DNA from: Patescibacteria group bacterium
GTDB taxonomy: Bacteria; Patescibacteriota; Patescibacteriia; UBA1558; GWA2-36-10
Length of the DNA: 64,000 nucleotides
Assembly: GCA_041650755.1 (NCBI GenBank)
Contig: JBAZKN010000001.1
Span: forward strand, 314,309 to 378,308
Direction of reading: 5' to 3'
Positions within the stretch are counted from its first letter, which is position 1. Each line of letters starts with the position of its first letter. Below, one piece after another: positions 60,572 through 64,000 of the stretch. Below the pieces are notes generated by a model. That model saw only the letters and a list, made by a program, of their open reading frames with translations, did not search any database and had not been told where the DNA came from. The translations under genes were made by a program, and so were the position numbers.

Positions 60572-61606
60572 CTATTCAGCGGAATTATCATTACGATTTA
60601 ATAAAAACATGTCCATATAGACACTCAAAGCTGAAGTTATTGGTATAGCCAGTAAAGCACCGATAATGCCGCCTAAACGAGCACCAGCCAAAACCGCCAA
60701 AATAACTATAATGGGATTTAGGCCAGTACTTTTGCCCATGACCTTGGGGACCAATAATTGATTCTCTAGTTGCTGAATAGCAAAATACAACAGAGCCACC
60801 CAAAGCGCCTTCATCGGGCTATCCATAAAAGCAAAGAATACTCCTAAAATAGCCGCTATCCAAGGACCCAGGAAAGGGATAATTTCTAAAATGCCTGCTA
60901 AAATTGCCAGTAGCAGAGCATACTTTACGTGAAGAATACTAAGGCCAATGTAAACTGCGATAAAAATCGCCAGAGAAAGCACTATCTGACCCCTAAACCA
61001 ATAACCAATGCGCTGTTGAATGCCATCAACTAACTTGCCGACTTGCGATCGACGGCTAGGAGCGGCTAGCTGACAAATAAATTTTTTCAGTCTATCCTCC
61101 TCGGCCGTCAGATAAAAAGTCATCACCAGCACCGAGAAAAAACCAACTATGCCACCAAACAGTGAGCTGACAAAACCAAAAATACCAGAAGTAGCCGAAG
61201 TCAGCCAGCGCGTCACCTCGCCCAAACTAAATGAACCTATGGCCGGATTGGTCAGACCGCCAGCGTTCTGAAAATTCTGCAGCACATGGTTGATACTATA
61301 ATAAAAGCTGGGAAATGCCCGGGCAATATCCTTGATCTGTTCGATGATCGGTCCGGTCAACAGATAAATAACCCCGCCAACTATAAAAATAAAAAGCACA
61401 TAAACGCAAATAATGCTTAGGCTGCGGGGTATTTTTTTATTATCCAGCCAATCTATCCAAGGGTCAAAGGCCGCAGCCAGAATAATAGCCACGAAAAATA
61501 GAGCCAAGACATCCCTAATGATAAAAATAAAGGCTAAAATCAAAATCCATAGGACTATTCTGCCAATAGTGCCGTTGGAAATGCTGTTTGATTTATCGTT
61601 GGGCAT
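60572..61606 (-). CDS. AI-2E family transporter
   Basis: IPFLGP, QQLENQLLVPKVMG and GALLAIP. Confidence 0.92.
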   Translation of the reverse strand: MPNDKSNSISNGTIGRIVLWILILAFIFIIRDVLALFFVAIILAAAFDPWIDWLDNKKIPRSLSIICVYVLFIFIVGGVIYLLTGPIIEQIKDIARAFPSFYYSINHVLQNFQNAGGLTNPAIGSFSLGEVTRWLTSATSGIFGFVSSLFGGIVGFFSVLVMTFYLTAEEDRLKKFICQLAAPSRRSQVGKLVDGIQQRIGYWFRGQIVLSLAIFIAVYIGLSILHVKYALLLAILAGILEIIPFLGPWIAAILGVFFAFMDSPMKALWVALLYFAIQQLENQLLVPKVMGKSTGLNPIIVILAVLAGARLGGIIGALLAIPITSALSVYMDMFLLNRNDNSAE

Positions 61607-61628
61607 AAAATTTGTTAATTAATAATTT

Positions 61629-62894
61629 TTATTTTAATATTTTTAAAAATTCTTTACGCTGGGCAAAGGGCCCGATAATAGCCAAGTTGCTTTGCGGCCA
61701 TTTGACCAGTTCTTTGGCCAACTGATTGACTTGCGCCAGGGTGATCCTGTCTAGCTCGGCTAGAGTTTGCTTTAAATCTTTAATGCGCTGACCCCAAATT
61801 TCTTGAGCAGCCAAAAAATTAAGATAATTAGTAGCGCTCTCCAGACGCAAAATCAAATGCCCGCGAATATTGTCTTTAGCTTTTTTGAGTTCCACTGGAT
61901 CGACGCCCTTATTTTTTATCAAATCAAGTTCAGCTTTAATAGCTTGCAGAGCTTCATAAATTTTATCTTTATTTAAACCAGCGTGCACGGCAAAATAACC
62001 AGTATCCTCATAGCCATTAACTTCCGCTCGGATAAAATAACACAAACCCATGCGCTCCCTGATCTGTAAAAATAATCTCGAGCTCATCGTGCCACCTAAA
62101 ATATTACCCAGCACCTGCAAGGCCAAAAAACGCTTATCTGTACCCGGCACTCCGCGCCAGCCCAGCATCAGCTGCACTTGCTCCAAGTCTCTTTTGATGA
62201 GCTCAATAGCCGCCTTGTTTTGCCGCGTCTTGGGTATTGGCCTGATTGCCAATCGCTTGTGCCGAATGCGGCTGGGGAAAAATTTGTCTATCAGACGCAA
62301 TATTTTTGCTTCAGAAAAATTACCCGCCACCCCAATAACTGTGTTACCGCCATAATAATAGCGGCGATAATAATTATACAAAGCTTGGCGAGAAATAGTC
62401 TGGATGACTTGACGCGGCCCGGCAATCGGTCGGCCCAAAGCACTGCCGGTAAATAAAAGGTTCTCAAATACTTCATCAATAAACATGGCTGGATTATCCT
62501 CATACATATTGATTTCTTCAACGATCACTCCCCGCTCTCGATCCATCTCTTTTGCATCAAATTTCGAAGCATGCAGCATATCGGACAAAATATCAACTGC
62601 CAAAAAAGCATGACTATTATCAGCCATGACATAGTAGCCGGTATATTCTTTGCCGGTAAAAGCATTGTACTCGGCGCCCACGCTATCTAGCTCTTTAGCA
62701 ATGTCCACTGTATGGGGGCGCTTGTCTGTGCCCTTAAACATCAGATGCTCGATAAAATGAGAGACGCCATTGTTGGCTGGCACTTCTTGGCGGCTGCCTA
62801 TTTTGTATAAAATCTCCACAGTGATTGCCTGAGTATCTTTTTTGGGCACCAATAAAATAACGCTACCGTCGCGACGCAGTATCCTTTTAAACAT
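61629..62894 (-). CDS. M16 (pitrilysin-like) metallopeptidase
   Basis: HFIEHLMFKGT, NAFT and SSRLF...RE. Confidence 0.94.
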   Translation of the reverse strand: MFKRILRRDGSVILLVPKKDTQAITVEILYKIGSRQEVPANNGVSHFIEHLMFKGTDKRPHTVDIAKELDSVGAEYNAFTGKEYTGYYVMADNSHAFLAVDILSDMLHASKFDAKEMDRERGVIVEEINMYEDNPAMFIDEVFENLLFTGSALGRPIAGPRQVIQTISRQALYNYYRRYYYGGNTVIGVAGNFSEAKILRLIDKFFPSRIRHKRLAIRPIPKTRQNKAAIELIKRDLEQVQLMLGWRGVPGTDKRFLALQVLGNILGGTMSSRLFLQIRERMGLCYFIRAEVNGYEDTGYFAVHAGLNKDKIYEALQAIKAELDLIKNKGVDPVELKKAKDNIRGHLILRLESATNYLNFLAAQEIWGQRIKDLKQTLAELDRITLAQVNQLAKELVKWPQSNLAIIGPFAQRKEFLKILK

Positions 62895-62905
62895 ACTTCA
62901 AAAAA

Positions 62906-64000
62906 CTAATTTTTAAATTTGTCATCAAAATAATCATTAAGCTCGGCAATTGACACCCGATCCTGTCGCATACTATCGCGATCACGCACAGTCACTTTTT
63001 TGTCCTCGGAACTTTCAAAATCTACTGTCACACAATAGGGCGTGCCGATCTCGTCCTGACGACGATAGCGACGCCCGATGGCTGCGGTCTCATCATATTG
63101 CAAACGATATTTGCTAGCCAAAGAAGTGAATATTTTCTTGGATACATCCACTAACGGCTCTTTTTTGGACAAAGGCAAAATGGCAATCTTGATTGGAGCC
63201 AATCTTTTGTCCAGATGCAAAATGGTCTCCACTTCTTTGGTGCTTTCAGTTGTAGTCGTGCGGCCACCCTCTATTTCTTCATAGGCATCAAGCAAAAAAG
63301 CCAGTGTAGCTCGATCTACTCCGCCGGAAGTCTCGATAATATGAGGAATAAACTTTTTGTCATGCTCATCTTTGACAGAAAAATCCTGCTGAGAAAATTC
63401 TTGGTGCCTGGACAAATCCCAGTTACCCCTATTATGGACGCCTTCCAACTCTTTGAAGCCATCCTTATCGGAAAAATCAAAGCGATATTCAATGTCTATG
63501 GCCTGCTTGGCATAATGGGCTAATTCATCTTTGGCATGCTCGCGCCAGCGTAGATTTTCCGGCTTGATGCCAAAATTTACATACCAATTAAAACGCGCCT
63601 TTTGCCACTCGGCAAAAACTTTCTTGCCAATTTTTTCCGTGATGAAATATTGCATTTCCATCTGCTCAAATTCGCGCATGCGGAAAATAAAATTTTTAGT
63701 CGTTATTTCGTTGCGGAAAGCTTTGCCGACCTGAGCAATACCAAAAGGCAGCCTTAATCTCATGGTGTCTTTGATGTTGAGAAAATTCAGATAAATTCCC
63801 TGACAAGTCTCGCCACGCAGATAAGCCTCTTCTTTTTCTTCCTCGACGACGCCCAGGCTGGTTTTCATTAATAAATTAAAGTTGCGCGGCGTGGTCAATG
63901 GCCCATCGCAATCCGGACAATTTATGTCTTTTATGCTGGTAGGCTGCTCTTTGGCGTAACCCGGCTCGGCTTTTTTGGCTTCCAACAAATGATCTGCTCG
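62906..64000 (-). CDS. glyQS: glycine--tRNA ligase, alpha2 type (5' end outside the window)
   Basis: YLRGETCQG, GKAFRNEI, FRMREFEQME and IGRRYRRQDEIGTP. Confidence 0.96.
   Translation of the reverse strand, partial: RADHLLEAKKAEPGYAKEQPTSIKDINCPDCDGPLTTPRNFNLLMKTSLGVVEEEKEEAYLRGETCQGIYLNFLNIKDTMRLRLPFGIAQVGKAFRNEITTKNFIFRMREFEQMEMQYFITEKIGKKVFAEWQKARFNWYVNFGIKPENLRWREHAKDELAHYAKQAIDIEYRFDFSDKDGFKELEGVHNRGNWDLSRHQEFSQQDFSVKDEHDKKFIPHIIETSGGVDRATLAFLLDAYEEIEGGRTTTTESTKEVETILHLDKRLAPIKIAILPLSKKEPLVDVSKKIFTSLASKYRLQYDETAAIGRRYRRQDEIGTPYCVTVDFESSEDKKVTVRDRDSMRQDRVSIAELNDYFDDKFKN

Overview
This 64 kb window is AT-rich (roughly 35-45% GC by eye) and consists mostly of minus-strand housekeeping genes. 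The gene set, compactness and giant pilin-fused surface proteins suggest a Patescibacteria/CPR genome using genetic code 11 (inference). The backbone includes ndk, split comEC, prfB, htrA, nrdR, ftsZ/ftsA, two VirB2/TrbC-pilin-headed surface proteins (2687 and 539 aa), rpsU, hisS, lepB, an LCP protein, der, pth, secE-nusG-rplK-rplA, an AftA-like glycosyltransferase, gyrB, pheST, a UvrD-nuclease fusion, a complete F1Fo ATP synthase operon, rmuC, tatD, rsmI, an M16 peptidase and a partial glyQS. The most striking unexplained structure is a set of seven GC-rich, single-gene units at four loci (about 60-68% GC in hand-counted sample lines). Each has a near-consensus sigma70 promoter, a strong Shine-Dalgarno (SD) and its own terminator, with no integrase or transposase nearby. 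Most native genes checked have no SD. The clearest exception is rpsU (bS21), which has an 11-nt extended SD reminiscent of the anti-SD-sequestration autoregulation known in Bacteroidota. One unit encodes a secreted protein with an FCB-type FlgD/T9SS-like C-terminal tail, and another is a GC-rich paralog of the native gene beside it. The hypothesis is a second, SD-led expression class of host-like cassettes, possibly built to be read by host ribosomes or by bS21-less ribosomes. All homology calls are from motif recognition, not database searches.
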